A DNA stretch of 64,000 nucleotides from Schmidtea polychroa (Eukaryota), in contig CM097885.1 in assembly GCA_044892525.1 (NCBI GenBank), positions 41,666,001-41,730,000 of the forward strand, given 5' to 3'. Below are positions 38,967 through 52,877 of this stretch, piece after piece. The translations under genes and the position numbers were made by a program. The notes beneath the pieces were generated by a model. It saw only the letters and a list, made by a program, of their open reading frames with translations, had not been told where the DNA came from and did no database searches. The stretch's first letter is position 1. Each line of letters starts with the position of its first letter.

Positions 38967-39963
38967 TTTTGTATAAGTCAAATTTGTAATTGTAAAATCT
39001 CAATCATATAATCTCAATGGAGGACATTGGCTTGATATGTATGTGAAACCTGTAAAAATATATGCATTTGATCCGATGTAGTTTTAATTTACCTAAATAT
39101 TTTTATGTTAAATATAAATAAATATATACTTTTTTCAAATTTCACTACTGATTTCTTTTAAATTGTCATTGTATTCAAAAATAAATTGCCTAAAAATCAA
39201 TAAAGATATTAATCTTTTTCATATTCACGAATTTTCGGTACTGCCACTTTTAAAATCACTTGAAAAAGGCAGTGCCAAAAATGAATATCAAAAAACATCG
39301 ATACCTTTACTGATTCATATTTATATATTATACATATTTATTTTTTTTGTAATTGTTTATTTTAATATATTTAAATATTTAGAATTTATGATTGAAAAGA
39401 ATGCTTACACAAAAAAGATGACGAGATTTGTGTTTAAATTTATATACTCTTAACTATTCATTATCTACACAACTGAAGACATTGATCTCGATTTAATGAA
39501 TATATTTTCAAAACATTCATTATAAGTAAATTTGTTTATTTTAATATTGTTGTTTAATTTAATTAATATGAATTAGAATTTATAATAGATATTGGGTGTG
39601 GAAGAGTTCAGGTTCTGCTAATTTACTATTTACTAATTTGACTATTTTATAGTCGAAAATTTTTTCATTAAATACATTATTTACAGCAAAAGGCTTAAAT
39701 TATCATTTTATTGTTTTAAATGGTAATTATTATTAGTGATTATTTTTTGGGGGTAATGGAAATGAAACCCCCTATTATTTTTAACAATGCTTAGTAATAG
39801 GTTTGAGACATTATTTTGTTTAAAACACTTAATTATTATAAGTTACCGTTGTTTTAGTATTATTAATAAAAAAGAATTAAATCATATTTCTCTTTCGATT
39901 TGTTTGCAATAGTATCCAATAACAATTTAGTAGTAAACTATTTTCATTATTTTGTTAACTAAA

Positions 39964-40440
39964 ATGGAGAAAAAGGACCGCATTATTTTGATTCCCATCA
40001 ATTGTAGTGTTCGAGCATGGCGCTCATTCAATTGGTATAAGGGCAATATTCGGCATAACGGAGACACCATAATTCTTCTCAGCGTCATCGTTCCAAAATA
40101 TTCTTCAAGTAAAATTGGCATGGTATCGAGTTCTCAAACGGTTGTGAGTGAAATGAGCAAATGTATGGACATGGAAATTAACAGTCAGAAAAAGTTATCT
40201 CTCGCTATTCAGAAAGAAGCCTTGAAAAGTGAAATTAATTTGAGATTTTTAATTTCCATCCACAATCGTCCGGCGGAGGCCATTTTGAAAACAAGCAAAG
40301 ACCAAAATGTTGATATAATAATTATTAGCAATCGAGGGGTCGGGAAAATTCATCGAACCTTTTGTGGGAGTGTTAGTGAATATATTATCCACAACACAAA
40401 TTTACCCGTGATTGTTGTACCGCCGATTTTAAATGAATAA
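39964..40440 (+). CDS. Universal stress protein (UspA domain), intronless
   Basis: RIILIPINCS..AWRSFNWY...PAEAILKTSKDQNVDIIIISNRGVGKIHRTFCGSVSEYIIHNTNLPVIVVP. Confidence 0.9.
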   Translation: MEKKDRIILIPINCSVRAWRSFNWYKGNIRHNGDTIILLSVIVPKYSSSKIGMVSSSQTVVSEMSKCMDMEINSQKKLSLAIQKEALKSEINLRFLISIHNRPAEAILKTSKDQNVDIIIISNRGVGKIHRTFCGSVSEYIIHNTNLPVIVVPPILNE

Positions 40441-41867
40441 TTTAATTTTGGTTGTAATTTATTCTTTAATCTTTAATTTATTTTTGTTTCTGTTTTGAAA
40501 ATCTAGAATTGAAAGCATCCGTCAGGTATAATAGTAATACACTCAATATTAATAGTTGGATAAACCTAAAAGCTGTAATGTATGGAATTTCACTATTTTA
40601 TCTGTAGATTGTAGCTTAATTCTGAAGGGGTGAATCTTAATATTTTGCGATATTGTCATATTCTGAAGGTTATAAAACTGTGATATGTAACATTATAAAA
40701 TCAACATTCACAATGTTAGTATATTAAATTAGTATTTTTGCTAATATACTTATACATTGACTCGACTTTGTTCTGGTCTCGTTTATCAATTCTCGTGTAA
40801 CTGGAGTAATGCCACATACATTGAAGAGATTACTAGTCGTCACGACACTAGAATCTAAGAACATTATAGATCACTTGAAATGAGTAATATTTCTGAGCAT
40901 AATAAACGTAAAATAAAATTAGGTATTTCATAGTCATTGTTTATGGCTATAAATGCATGTTTTATTTAGACACGTTTATAACCTGAATGATGTGAAAGCG
41001 AAAGCGCCCTGGCAATTTCATTTACTTTTCAGATTGTTGCATTTTGCCTTTGCATTGTGTATTTCCGGGTAAATAAAAGAATTAAAATTGTTTTGAAATT
41101 AAGTATTATTAAAATTTTTTTTTCTGTATTAATAATCTTGTCTATTATTTTAATTTCAAATGCGAATTGTTGATATTAAAATTTCTCAACTTTAATATTT
41201 TGTTTTAATAAGTGACTTTCGACAAAATTTTAAAGGTGGTGTGTTCTAAGTAGATCTAAACTATACCATTTGCCGTGTTTCCAGCCAAACTCAGAATACA
41301 ATGTGTTTGACCAACCTTGGTACTGTATTGAATGGGTGAAGGTTCTCAAAAATTGGGCGCACTCTAGTGAACTATAATTGTTGAACATTCATACGGGTTC
41401 ATGCAGTATCGTTAGATGAGTTGTGTCCGATTTTTAGTAATTTGACCTTAAACTATTCAATTTTTTAAATAACGGCAATCAAAAACAAAACAGTTTTATT
41501 CAATTTATTTTAATTCTATTTAATTTTAATAACAATTGATATTTCTAGAGATGGTTCAGGTGAAAATTTCGGGGTCTCCAATAACTTCCATCTTTTCGGC
41601 CAGCTTAGTGTATGACTCACAATTCCGGCTTCTTTCAGTGTTCCATGTTCGTTCACACATTCCGGGCTTGTATCTTTTATCGATTGTTGTTGTTAAATTA
41701 AATAATTAATAAATTATTAAATTATTAAATTAAATTCTAAATGTTAAAATTTAAAAAATAATATATTACTTTAATTATAATTTTTGAAAGAACGAAATGT
41801 TTTTATTAAAATTTTTTTATATAATTAATAAATTTGTTTTAAAATCCGTAATTTATATACTTATTAT

Positions 41868-41915
41868 ATCCTTTCTGATGATGACAGGAAAACTGTCGAA
41901 ATATATCGTGAAAAG
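41868..41915 (+). ncRNA. Minimal type-I hammerhead ribozyme motif (Penelope-type), stem I damaged
   Basis: CTGATGA-T-GACAG-GAAAA-CTGTC-GAAA-TATA-TC: intact core boxes, 5-bp stem II and palindromic TATA stem III. Confidence 0.6.
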
Positions 41916-42289
41916 AGTGATTGATTGGTGTTTTCTTATAATTAATATTATGAATCATTATTTCTATTATTTCAAGTTTTATATATTTTTAATATTCATA
42001 ATATATACATAATGGCTAGCTGGTTTATTTAACAGAATTATTAATTTAATATATAACAATAATAATAACAAAATATGAGTATACATTTATTAAATCGATA
42101 TGACATAAACAATGATAAACACAATTATGTCAATTATTTTATGAACAAAACAATAAAGTGATAATTTAAGCCTTTTGCTGCAAATAATGTATTTAATGGA
42201 AAGATTTTGGACCATAAGATAGTCCTTGTCAATCTCGTGGAATTTAGATTCCAGGAAATTGACAAGGATTATCTTATATATCGTATGGA

Positions 42290-43440
42290 TTGAACTCGTA
42301 GGCTCCAATAGCGACAGTGTGTGTTCATCATTATAATTAGACTTTCTAGAACAACCAAAATATTTACTTCCAAGGGTTCCATGACAAAACAGAACAAGAC
42401 AAAACAGAACATGACAAAACAGAACAAGACAAAACAGAACAATGACAAAACAGAACAATGACAAAACAGAACAGTGACAAAACAGAACAGTGACAAAACA
42501 GAACATGTGGAAAAAAGTTATATATTATATTACATTATTTTTATTTTAAATTATTATTGTACATATTATTAAATTATTATTTTACAACTGGAGGTTGGCC
42601 ATTTTACATTTGCAGCGATTTGAATTACAATCGAATTTACAATTACAGTATTCCCCAATTTTTATAAAAACACTTTGAAATATTTAACTTAAATTATTTC
42701 TATAAATTCTTTATTCTTTCCTAGTGCAATTTTTTCTATAAAATTTAACTGACTTTTATACTTTTTTCTACCTTGTCAGAAAGGAATTGATCCTATAAGT
42801 ATCTCTATTGCAGTATAATATTATCATTATGGTTCCATGACAAAACAGAACATGACAAAACAGGCATGTCGCCAAGAAGTGATAAACAAGAAGTACGAAG
42901 CCATTGCTCTTCAAGTGTCAATAGTTGTGCAGGAATACCACGCTCACGAAGACAAATTGAGGTATTTACGCAGAATGGCCGACCTCCAGTAATGCTTACA
43001 ACATCAAGATTAGATGTAAAATAATATGTACAATAATAATTTAAAATAAAAATAATGTTCTGTTTTGTCACTGTTCTGTTTTGTCACTGTTCTGTTTTGT
43101 CATTGTTCTGTTTTGTCATTGTTCTGTTTTGTCATTGCTCTGTTTTGTCTTGTTCTGTTTTGTCATGTTCTGTTTTGTCTTGTTCTGTTTTGTCATGTTC
43201 TGTTTATTTTTGTCCGGTCACCACTTCCAAGAGTCATTGTGCACATTAGGTTGAAAAGATCTGATTATGCATTATCGCTAATTAGTGATGTTGTCAAACA
43301 GAATGTCAAATATTTGATGCAAAATTACTGGGAAGAAGAGTTCGAATTTATCCGTTGGTATTAGCAGGTCATCAGTTGGGTTTTAATTTTAAGCATGCAA
43401 TCTCTACACTAAAAGCAAAAGAAATTGTTTCATTCTCCTA
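42290..43440 (+). pseudogene. Polinton/Maverick major-capsid-like (F54H12.2-like) gene fragment split by a MULE
   Basis: With the MULE removed it reads LDFLEQPKYLLPRVIVHIRLKRSDYALSL / IFDAKLLGRRVRIYPLVLAGHQLGFNFKHAISTLKAKEIVSFS. This resembles the family as recalled (DLFQQxRYLLNGVDxxIKLxRS...IxxAxLxVRKVKxSPSVLLAH). No search was run. Confidence 0.6.
42375..43222. mobile_element. MULE-type non-autonomous element with tandem-repeat TIRs
   Basis: 9-bp TSD ACTTCCAAG on both sides, GG...CC ends, inverted arrays of GACAAAACAGAAC(A), and an internal transposase-like tail IVVQEYHAHEDKLRYLRRMADLQ*. Confidence 0.85.
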
Positions 43441-44334
43441 ATGTTGTTTAAATATTGTGTAAAGTGTGAATTTATTTATAATTTAATGATTGATACATCA
43501 ACACCTGAAGTTCGGGAAAAGAATATACTAACAAAATTTATATATATTTTTATGTCATTACAATCTTTTCCTTAAAATTTGTCAAGAAATATATATTTTG
43601 TAATCTGAAATCTCAATTAAATTTGTTTCTGGATGGTCATATGATATATCTATTGGATATGGTATTCATTTATAATTAAAAAATCAGCAAAATTTATAAA
43701 AGAAATATTATTAATTTTTTTTTTAAATTATTTGATATTCCCCGTTCAAGCTGTCTTCCTGTGCTGATAACATTATTTATGTTTTTACATATTTTTTAAT
43801 CAGATTTGAAAAAAACGCGGTCAGAGGATTAACTAAATATTTTAAAAAAATTACTAGAAATTTTTACTCAAAATTATTCATATGATAGATTGCTATTTTA
43901 ATAATTAAACCAGAGACTCCCAAACCTAATGAAATTTTAAAAATATTCAAAAATTTATTGATTTTTAATGAGAAATTTGTGCACAATAGTCATCACATAA
44001 ATTTCATAGCTACCATAAGGAAAACATATCATTTCTTAAAAATTGTTGCAAAACATCATCTGAAAACCTCAAAATTAAACAAATATTTACATAATGTTCT
44101 ATTTATATAAATCTTGTGTTATATTGTGTTTAGATTTCTTTTTATAATTGAGATATTATAATTTTTGAAATTTATTTTGTTAAAAATATCCAAACCCTAC
44201 AGAGTCTCACATAAAAGCTATACAGACTATAATATAGTCATTATATCCTATGTATTTACTTGTTTTCACTCGAATCACAAAAAAACCGACGGTGAAATAA
44301 ATAACATCACAATAGCAACATCACAACATTAATG

Positions 44335-44414
<80 letters not shown>

Positions 44415-44897
44415 TTTATATTATATTTGGAATTTTACCAGTGTAATGAGGTATGGCAAATGTCTCAGGAGGTCAGATTTGGCACGCAATTTCAGTTAAT
44501 CAATTTTGGTCAAAGTTTGAACTACGATGATTATGTCATCTCATATTATCAATTCCCAAAATGTTATTTTTGAAATCGAGAAAGGAAAGCACTAATTAAT
44601 CCACAGTGTAATTTAAATAAACTTTTTTGTATATTAATTGAAAAAAATTATATATTTTTTTATTTTGTTTTAATGCTTTTCCTAAGTTTTCAAATTTCTC
44701 AATTCTTGTAAAGATTGTTAGAAGATATTCTTCTGTCATCAAATAAATTACTTAGACTAATAAATCCAAAATTATATTTCATTAAATTTGCTTATATAAA
44801 CAAATATTCTTCTGACATTTTCTTTTTATAAATTTTTATTTCAACTAAATATCAACATACCACATTCATACTTAAATTGCAATTTTATTAAAAATTA

Positions 44898-45125
44898 CTC
44901 CCTCTGTCCAAAAATGATAGTCCAGTTTGACTTTTTTGGCTATTTCTTTTTTACGTAACTTAAAATGCAGTTTTGTTATTTGTTCAATCAATAAAATAAA
45001 ATTATTTACTGTGTTTTTACTGTAAAAGGTTTTACAAAACCGTTCAATTTTTTATATTCTCTATTGACAATCATTTTTGGAAAAGGCTAAAATGCAACTG
45101 GACTATCATTTTTGGACAGAGGGAG
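44898..45125. mobile_element. Stowaway-like Tc1/mariner MITE
   Basis: TA|CTCCCTCTGTCCAAAAATGATAGTCCAGTT ... AACTGGACTATCATTTTTGGACAGAGGGAG|TA, a perfect 30-bp TIR. Confidence 0.9.
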
Positions 45126-45718
45126 TATTTTATTTGAAAATTAAAATTAAAATATTCATTTTTATTTTAAACTATTTTAATTCTAACATATTTCAATAAT
45201 TTAAAAGTTTCACTTTTGATTTAACAAAATTTAATCATGAAATAATTTTAATTTTAACTCCTCACAAAGATTATATAAAATGTTTTATTTCCTCAACATT
45301 GTTTTTTCTTAATTTGATTTGAGATTTCCGTTAGGTAAGATTCATACCACTGATCTGTATTTTTCAGGTTTGAATTATTTTATTGAATAAAATGTAATTA
45401 TTATATGATAATTTGAACCATATGGGCTTAGCAATGGTCTTTCAACGGATATTCAAAGTTGTGTCTGCATTTTGTCCTATTTGATTTTTATCTATTCAAC
45501 AATCTCAAGAGAGCCTAAAATGGTAGTTAACCCACAATAAAATAGAATTAGATTAGTACACTCACTGGATTTTCAATTGAAAATAGATGGATTTCGTTTA
45601 GATTATAAATCAGTATTTTGTTTTTAACATGGATTTTTTGATACAATCTTTTTCAACTATTTGAAAAAGATTGAGCCAAAAATCTGCTTTAGATGGTAAA
45701 GAAAACAATGGTTTATAA

Positions 45719-46010
45719 CAGCGACGGTGAAACTATGACCCACGGGTCAGACACTGACCCACACAACGAATTCAAGTGACCCGCAAGTTGTTTTATTTTT
45801 TAATTATAAAATAATAATCATATGAATGTGTTCGAATATATATCTTGGTAATGTATAATAAAAAAAAACCATATTATATTTACATGAATTTTTATTAAAT
45901 TTTTAATAACTAAAAGAAATTAAAAGAAACGTATACTTGACCTGTAGGCTGATATTTTCAAAAAATAAATTCTATTGTGACCCCCTTGTCAAAAAGGTTC
46001 GCCATCGCTG
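45719..46010. mobile_element. hAT (Buster/Charlie-like) MITE
   Basis: CAGCGACGGTGAA ... TTCGCCATCGCTG with 8-bp TSD GTTTATAA/GTCTATAA. Confidence 0.85.
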
Positions 46011-47920
46011 GTCTATAATCTGAATGAAATCAAAATAAAAGAAATTGTAAATAAAAACAGATCAACGGTAAATATAAAATATAAAAAAATTACATATGGA
46101 TAATTGAAAATTATTATTGGTTTTTATTTTCTACATAATTTTTGTAATTCCTTGTTTTGTTTTAATAAATTTATAATTATAATTTCGCATTTCATTTTTA
46201 CGCACTGATTCGTTTGTATAAAATTATTTTATATTTCGAGGAGGATACTGAGGTACCAACTAAATATTTGCATTAAGACACTTGGCATACTGATGGGCCC
46301 CTGTTCGGAATCATTGTAAAATTATACTGAGGAAAACGCCAGTGATTAAAAATAATTATATATTTTTTGATTTGTTTTTGCATGATTTTTGGTGATTTGA
46401 TTTTAATAAATACCTTATTTAAGACATTTTATGTCTATTTATGAAATATTCGCTGAATTTTACAAATTTACCAGTAAATGTTGATAACGATTCGACTTGT
46501 TCACAATTTCAGTTCCGACAACTTCTTTAATTTCTGTTACATATCCAACTTAAAAAGTAACTTTAATAATTTCTTATAACATGAATGATTTGGATTTTGT
46601 AAATTTAAATAAAAAAATTTTTTAAACAGAAATTTCGGGGAAAGGAAAAAGTAAAATTAATTTTTTAATATAAGTACATTTTAGTATAATAAATATAATT
46701 AATAAATTTTAATATATTAATAACAATATAACCCCAAAGAAAAATAATAATAATAAATTTAATATTTTATAAATTGTATTTAATTTTCAAAAATTAAATT
46801 TTATCAAATAAAAAATTAAATTATTTAATTTTTATAATTCATTTTTCATTTCCAACAGAATGGCAATCAATAAAAAATGCATCAAATTTATGGAATTCTC
46901 ATCTTTTTGCTTTTCTCAAATAAAAATTTAATTATAAAAAAAATAAATCATTTGACTCAATTAAATTGATTTGATCGAAAATTAGCTAATTAATTTGTCT
47001 TCTACTCAATATAACAATTGACTAAATAAACATAAATATTGATGTGAGATTGTTTATATAATTATATATAATCTGGCTCACAAAATCGTCATGAGTTTCG
47101 TAATAAATTAATAGTAAAATGTAATTTATTGTTTTTTTGAATTCCGGAATCAGCAGGACGTGACAGCTACACAACTTTCAATCAACATTTGTTTTAATCT
47201 GCATATTTATCTTTATTTGTTCTTGTTTTAATGCATCTATCAATGTCAGTCGGTCATAGCTATGATTTTGTTATTCAGTTTGAATTTTAATGTTTTGTCG
47301 GGTTTATTGAAATTATATTGCAATAGCGAGTGATCTAGCCACCAATTTTTCAAGTAAATGTGTAAATTTCACAATAGTATATTTTTGTAGTATGCGTATC
47401 ATTCTGGATAGAATATTTAATAAGGAATATATTTACAGGAAGGTTGAAGGTTAAAATGGGTCCCAAAGTAACCAAAGTAACCAAATATAATAACAAAAGA
47501 AAAAAAATAATGGTTAATGTGTTTCCTTTATAGTTAATGCAAACACAAGCATCATTCAGAGTTCTTCCTTCGGCATATAGTTACGTTGATCAGAAACCAA
47601 AATTAGGAAAGAGGTTTGTGTTTCAAAATAACAGTTTTGTCCTATATGAAATAATATCGAAATCACAAAGAAAGGATATAGCACTTATCTTTAATTCTCA
47701 CAATAGGCGATTTAAAGAAATTCCTAGGTTTCCCATCAAGGCCAAACATTCGATTACGTAGATATATTACTTAATAAACTTCCTTTCTCTTCTTATTACC
47801 TATGTGAATCCTTTTCTAAATTCTAAAGTGAATCAAACGTCAAAGTATCCGTCAAATAAATATCAAAACAATGAAGACTTGATCAGAATTTTTAGTGAAC
47901 TAAAAACGTACTTAAAGAGG

Positions 47921-49038
47921 TGTTGGGGTTCAGTAGGAACCGGAATCAAAAGTTGTAGAATTAAATAATAATTAATTAAAATTAGTATTTAAAAATTACC
48001 TAAAATAGAAAATAATTACTAAAATTAGAATTAAAATATAAATAGTAATAAACAATTACTAAAAATAGATTTACAATAAAAATAGTAATTGTATAAAAAT
48101 ATATAATAAAAATAGTAATTAAATATAGTATTTAAATTAAATATAGTATTTAAAAATAGTAATTACTATTAATAAATTAAAATAAATAAAATGGTATATA
48201 TACCAGTAGAAAATGTGAGCTGAGGGACGGAGAAAGTTAAGACACGAAGAACAGAAAGAAACATTTGAGACGCAGTAGTTTAATTTGTTGAAGAAGAAAT
48301 CGATATAATTAGAAACAAATTTGTGTCAATTGACATTTATCGAAACTAATTTTGCAATTTCACATCTCATATCTAATTGGAAATTTAGCAGTAGACATTT
48401 AGAATTTCACACTTATTATTTATTGATCGAAAATTAATTTTAACAATTTGGGATTTGGTATTATTTATTCAAAGTTACAAGAACTCATCTCCAATCTCTG
48501 TTGGAGCAATAATCTAAATTCTATCCACAAGAAATTAAGCTCGAATAACCCATCGGTGGTTTTATCTCTTTTGGATTTCAAATTAGTTAGTAATTTTGCT
48601 TTGAAATATATACATATAAATATATATACATTTATTTAAATTAATATTAAAGGGGATTGCAACGTCAGCACATATTTTTTGTAGCTGTTTCGTTTCAAAT
48701 AAAATATAAAGTGTTAACCATTTTCTTGGTTGACACTATCGCGTTTAAATTTGGTAAACTTCCCTATCTCTTTTCCGTTCACCTATATCGGGCTGTTGGC
48801 GCATTTAGGGCCAGCCTTGATTCTTAGTAATACTCTTTAGGGCGGTTTGTATAACCGTTTTCTGTTCTTTAGGGTGCAGCTAGGTTGTTTTTGTGTTATA
48901 AACAATTGTGTATAAATTATTTACTTTTAATAAATATTTAAATCATATTTGTTATTTATTTACCTACACGCGTTATAATCTTTTGGAGTCAGATAAAAGT
49001 TTTGTGTTAGTTCGAATACATACCCATCGAACCTAACA
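47921..49038 (+). mobile_element. Probable solo LTR
   Basis: TGTTGGGGTTC...GAACCTAACA inverted ends, flanks GAGG/GATG, internal TATA-like and AATAAA signals. Confidence 0.6.
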
Positions 49039-50049
49039 GATGTGTCTTAAAAGATTTCTTGAATATAATCCATTTTGATTGTTCTACCACAGACAATTAT
49101 ATCGTTTTATGACTATTAAAAGATTGAACTAAAATATTTCTCCTTGTTGCAAACATTACAGTTAATATCAATATTTTGTTTTATTAATCTGGAAAGAAAT
49201 GAAGATATAAGAAATTGAAAATGAAAATAGATCAATATTGAAAAAATAAAATCTTTTACTGATAATTGTATCCTAACTAAACATTTATTAGACATTTAGC
49301 AATGTAATAATAAATTAAAAATAATTAAAAATAATTAAAAATAAATTTTACAACATTACATCATTACGACAAATTGTGATGACCGATTCTCCCATTAAAC
49401 AGGGAAATCTTTGCAATTATTGGAGGTTTTCTCTTTTTTAAATAAAATTTTAGAAGAACTTTTTTCATATTATTTATGAATCTAAAGATATTTATTCAGT
49501 GTTTTAATTTAATTAATAGGAAAATATAATAAGGGACATTGTGTCCTAAATATAATTTTTATAATTAGTAATAACTGCCCTATATTGTTTGGGAACATTT
49601 ATACGTTTTGAAAATACTTTGAGTTTCAAGACCCCAATTAAAATTTACCCTTCACCGACAAGTAATATTGGATTATTTCATTCACCAACAATTTTCCACC
49701 CAACACAAACCGAGTTAAATCTACATAGATAAATATAGGAGGAAATTAAAGCAACTAGGCCATGAAGATTTGTTGCTTGAAGAATAATCAGAATATTACA
49801 ACTCGAAATCATATTATAACTTTGAGTTTATAAAGTACTGGGGAAAACCAAAATATAAAAATTGTGTGATTAAAAATTGCTCAATTTCTGACAATAACGT
49901 AAGCGTAATTGATACTAATCTTCTGTTTCCGGGTCATTGTGGAGGAACCGAGGAAGAATAAGTTGTTTCAGGAAGCGATGGAAATTCTTAGGAATAAAAC
50001 CAAAGTTCAAAGTGAATCGTATCAAAATAGTTTTCTATTTAAATACAAC

Positions 50050-51237
50050 TATCAAATAAAGATATCTGATGATATGCTTGTATTATAAATGAACAAAATA
50101 TATTTACTGGTAATCCCAGAAACTTATCAATCTAAACTAGTAATTAAGATACACGAAGATTTATGTCATTTTGGAATTAAGAAAGTCTTTCACTGCATTG
50201 AAGAGACTTATTTCGTTCTGAAAATGCAAGAAACCGTTAAAAGGATAGTAAAACGATGTATCGCGTGTGCAAAAAGGAAAATAGATCATAGTAAAACAAA
50301 AGGAATTTTATTTCCATACGAAAGTTCTGAATTTCTAAAACAGATTGTTATGGATGTTGCTGTCGTGAATAGAACTTCAACCGACAAGTGGTATGTTATT
50401 GATATTATTAACCAGTTTACCAAATGTGTAAGTCTAACAGTTTTAGTAAATTAATATTAAAGATATTTTAAAAACCCTAATGAACAATTGGATTTACAAA
50501 TATGGTAATCCTCAAAGTATGTTGACAGGCAGAGGGCAAAAATCTAAAGGAAAAATTAGAGCAACTGGGAATAATGCAAGAATTTGTAACGCCGTATTGA
50601 CATCAGTTGAGTGATTTAAACGAAAGAGCTATCAGACAAAAAAATATTTACATGTGACTACAATAAAAGGGGACTGTGTCGAAAAGCAGTAACACGAACT
50701 ACGGCATGGAATTGAATTTAGTATAAATGTTACTTATAAAGGTATTACAAAATATTCGCCATATGAGATTGTATATGACCGGTTATAAACATTACATGCT
50801 AATTCTAAATTCTGAAGTCAAATACGAGATATTTCAGAAGAAGCGATGTGTATTTCATGCAAGTTGTTTAAAGGATGAGGGAATTGGAGGACGAAAAAAG
50901 AATATAACTTAATTTTGAAGTAGGTTAGAAGGTACAAGTACACCGAGAACCACATAGAAAAAACAAAAGAGAAGTTTGGTGAATCAGGCAATCAGCGGTC
51001 GGAGGACGAAATCCAGTAATTGGAAGTAAAGTTAAATTCTGGTACCAGAAATGGTGATTGCCCCTTGGGTTATCTACCTTAGCGAGCGATATTTATTTAG
51101 AGAGACAGGTGCAAATCTAGTGACGAATTGTAATTTTGATTGAAGTTTAATAAATATTTCCTGTGTTGGGTTTTGATCCATTTGTTTAAATAAGAACACG
51201 CGGAGTCAAAGAAAACCGATTGAAAAATAACCCAACA
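50050..51237 (+). mobile_element. Decayed Gypsy integrase plus 3' LTR end
   Basis: ORF 50089-50454 has the integrase H2C2 finger (IHEDLCHFGIKK...CIAC) and the core start (VMD..VIDIINQFTK). It ends acacgcggagtca...aacccaaca like the solo LTRs. Confidence 0.8.
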
Positions 51238-51685
51238 ATATTGTAAACAAATTTAAAATTTTTTTTTTATAAATATTTTCCGATAATTTCTCTAATTCTT
51301 TTGGATGAGGAATTTTTCTGATCAGGAATTACAGTTTTCATATCATCTTCATGTTGCAATTATAATTTGTAATTCTCAATTTAAGAGATCTAAATCATTT
51401 CCTGGAAGATTTTCCGGCAGAATCTAGAATAATTTATGGCTTATTGTTAATTATACCATGAACATAATATTAGTAAGGATAATTACTTCAATATTTAATT
51501 TAAATTTAAATTACTAATCATTGGTTGTTAGTCCTTTCAATCCCTATTTCGAAAATTCTACATAATTATTTTGAAAGATTTTATTTTTCTGAGCCATTTA
51601 TTATTTGTTAATATATCCAAGCTAAATTTGATTATGAGGAAAATTTAATTTTTGTTTATATAAATAAGAAAAAATGTGACGATAT

Positions 51686-51763
<78 letters not shown>

Positions 51764-51769
51764 TGTACA

Positions 51770-52032
51770 TGTTGGGGTTAGTCCAAAAACCAAAAAATAT
51801 TTATATATAAAAGAAAGACATAACAATTATTGGTAAAATCAATAAAATTCAAAATTAATTAAAACTTACAAAAAATCATAAATCAATATTGATTATGGTT
51901 GAACGCCAAATTGATAGACGAGTTTAGAAATTATAATGAAAATTTAATAAGATGTTCACAGTAAAAAGTAAATGCGAAATAACAAATTAATTAAAATTAA
52001 TTAATCTGTAATGGAAAGCCCGAGCCCATGGT
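51770..52032 (+). mobile_element. Truncated LTR 5' piece next to (AAT)n
   Basis: TGTTGGGG start and the aatggaaagcccgagcc family repeat. Confidence 0.6.
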
Positions 52033-52249
52033 TCATTTTTATTATTGTTTTGACTTTCTCTTTTGAAAATGTGAGATAAAAAATTAAAGTTTTTTGTATA
52101 ATGTATATAATAAATACAGTTTGAATAATTAGATTTGATTTAATTTATTACTTTTAAAGAAATTATTATTAGTAGTATATAAAGTTAACATCATATGGAC
52201 CAGCATAGTATACACAATATACACTATATACACAAAAATGTAAATGTGG

Positions 52250-52720
52250 TTGAGAGATTTTTGAAATTTATTAAAATTAAACAACAAGTTTCAATATATT
52301 TGTTCGATATTTTACGAAATACTATGGCGGATTAGGACATAACTATTACAAAATGCAGATCACTGACATATTGTAACGATAGTAATATGAATGAGGTATA
52401 TTTAGGAGTGCAAGCTAGATTTAAAGAAATAAACCATTTGGCTGAATAGGTTTAATGTGCAGCACATAATCTAAGTTTGGTTGGTTCAACTGCAGTAGAG
52501 TGTTGCTTAGAAGCCGTTAATGTTTTCAAATCTCTGTAATCTGCTTATACTTTTTTTACCTCTTCACTGTAAAGGTAGTCCAAATTTAAAAGCAATAAGA
52601 AAGAAAATACCTGTATTGTTAAAAATAATTGTCAGAAACGAATTGATGGTTCTGAAGTTCTTTTAATAAATTACTCTGAAATTCAGTGAGCATTAATTGA
52701 CATAACTCAGTGATCAAGAT
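52250..52720 (+). mobile_element. Degenerate hAT transposase fragment
   Basis: GVQARFKEINHLAE*V*CAAHNLSLVGSTAVECC..AVNVF..YTFF (CxxH region) with several stops. Confidence 0.7.
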
Positions 52721-52797
52721 CAATTGACAAAAGAAAATTCTCTAATAAAAATTTAATAAATTTTAAACAGCACAGATGTCTGTTATATTGTCATGTG

Positions 52798-52877
<80 letters not shown>

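Noticed and set aside
42090..43364. Cys/Phe/Leu-rich ORFs
   Set aside because: Derived from MULE terminal tandem repeats; only the part after 43223 belongs to the capsid-like relic.
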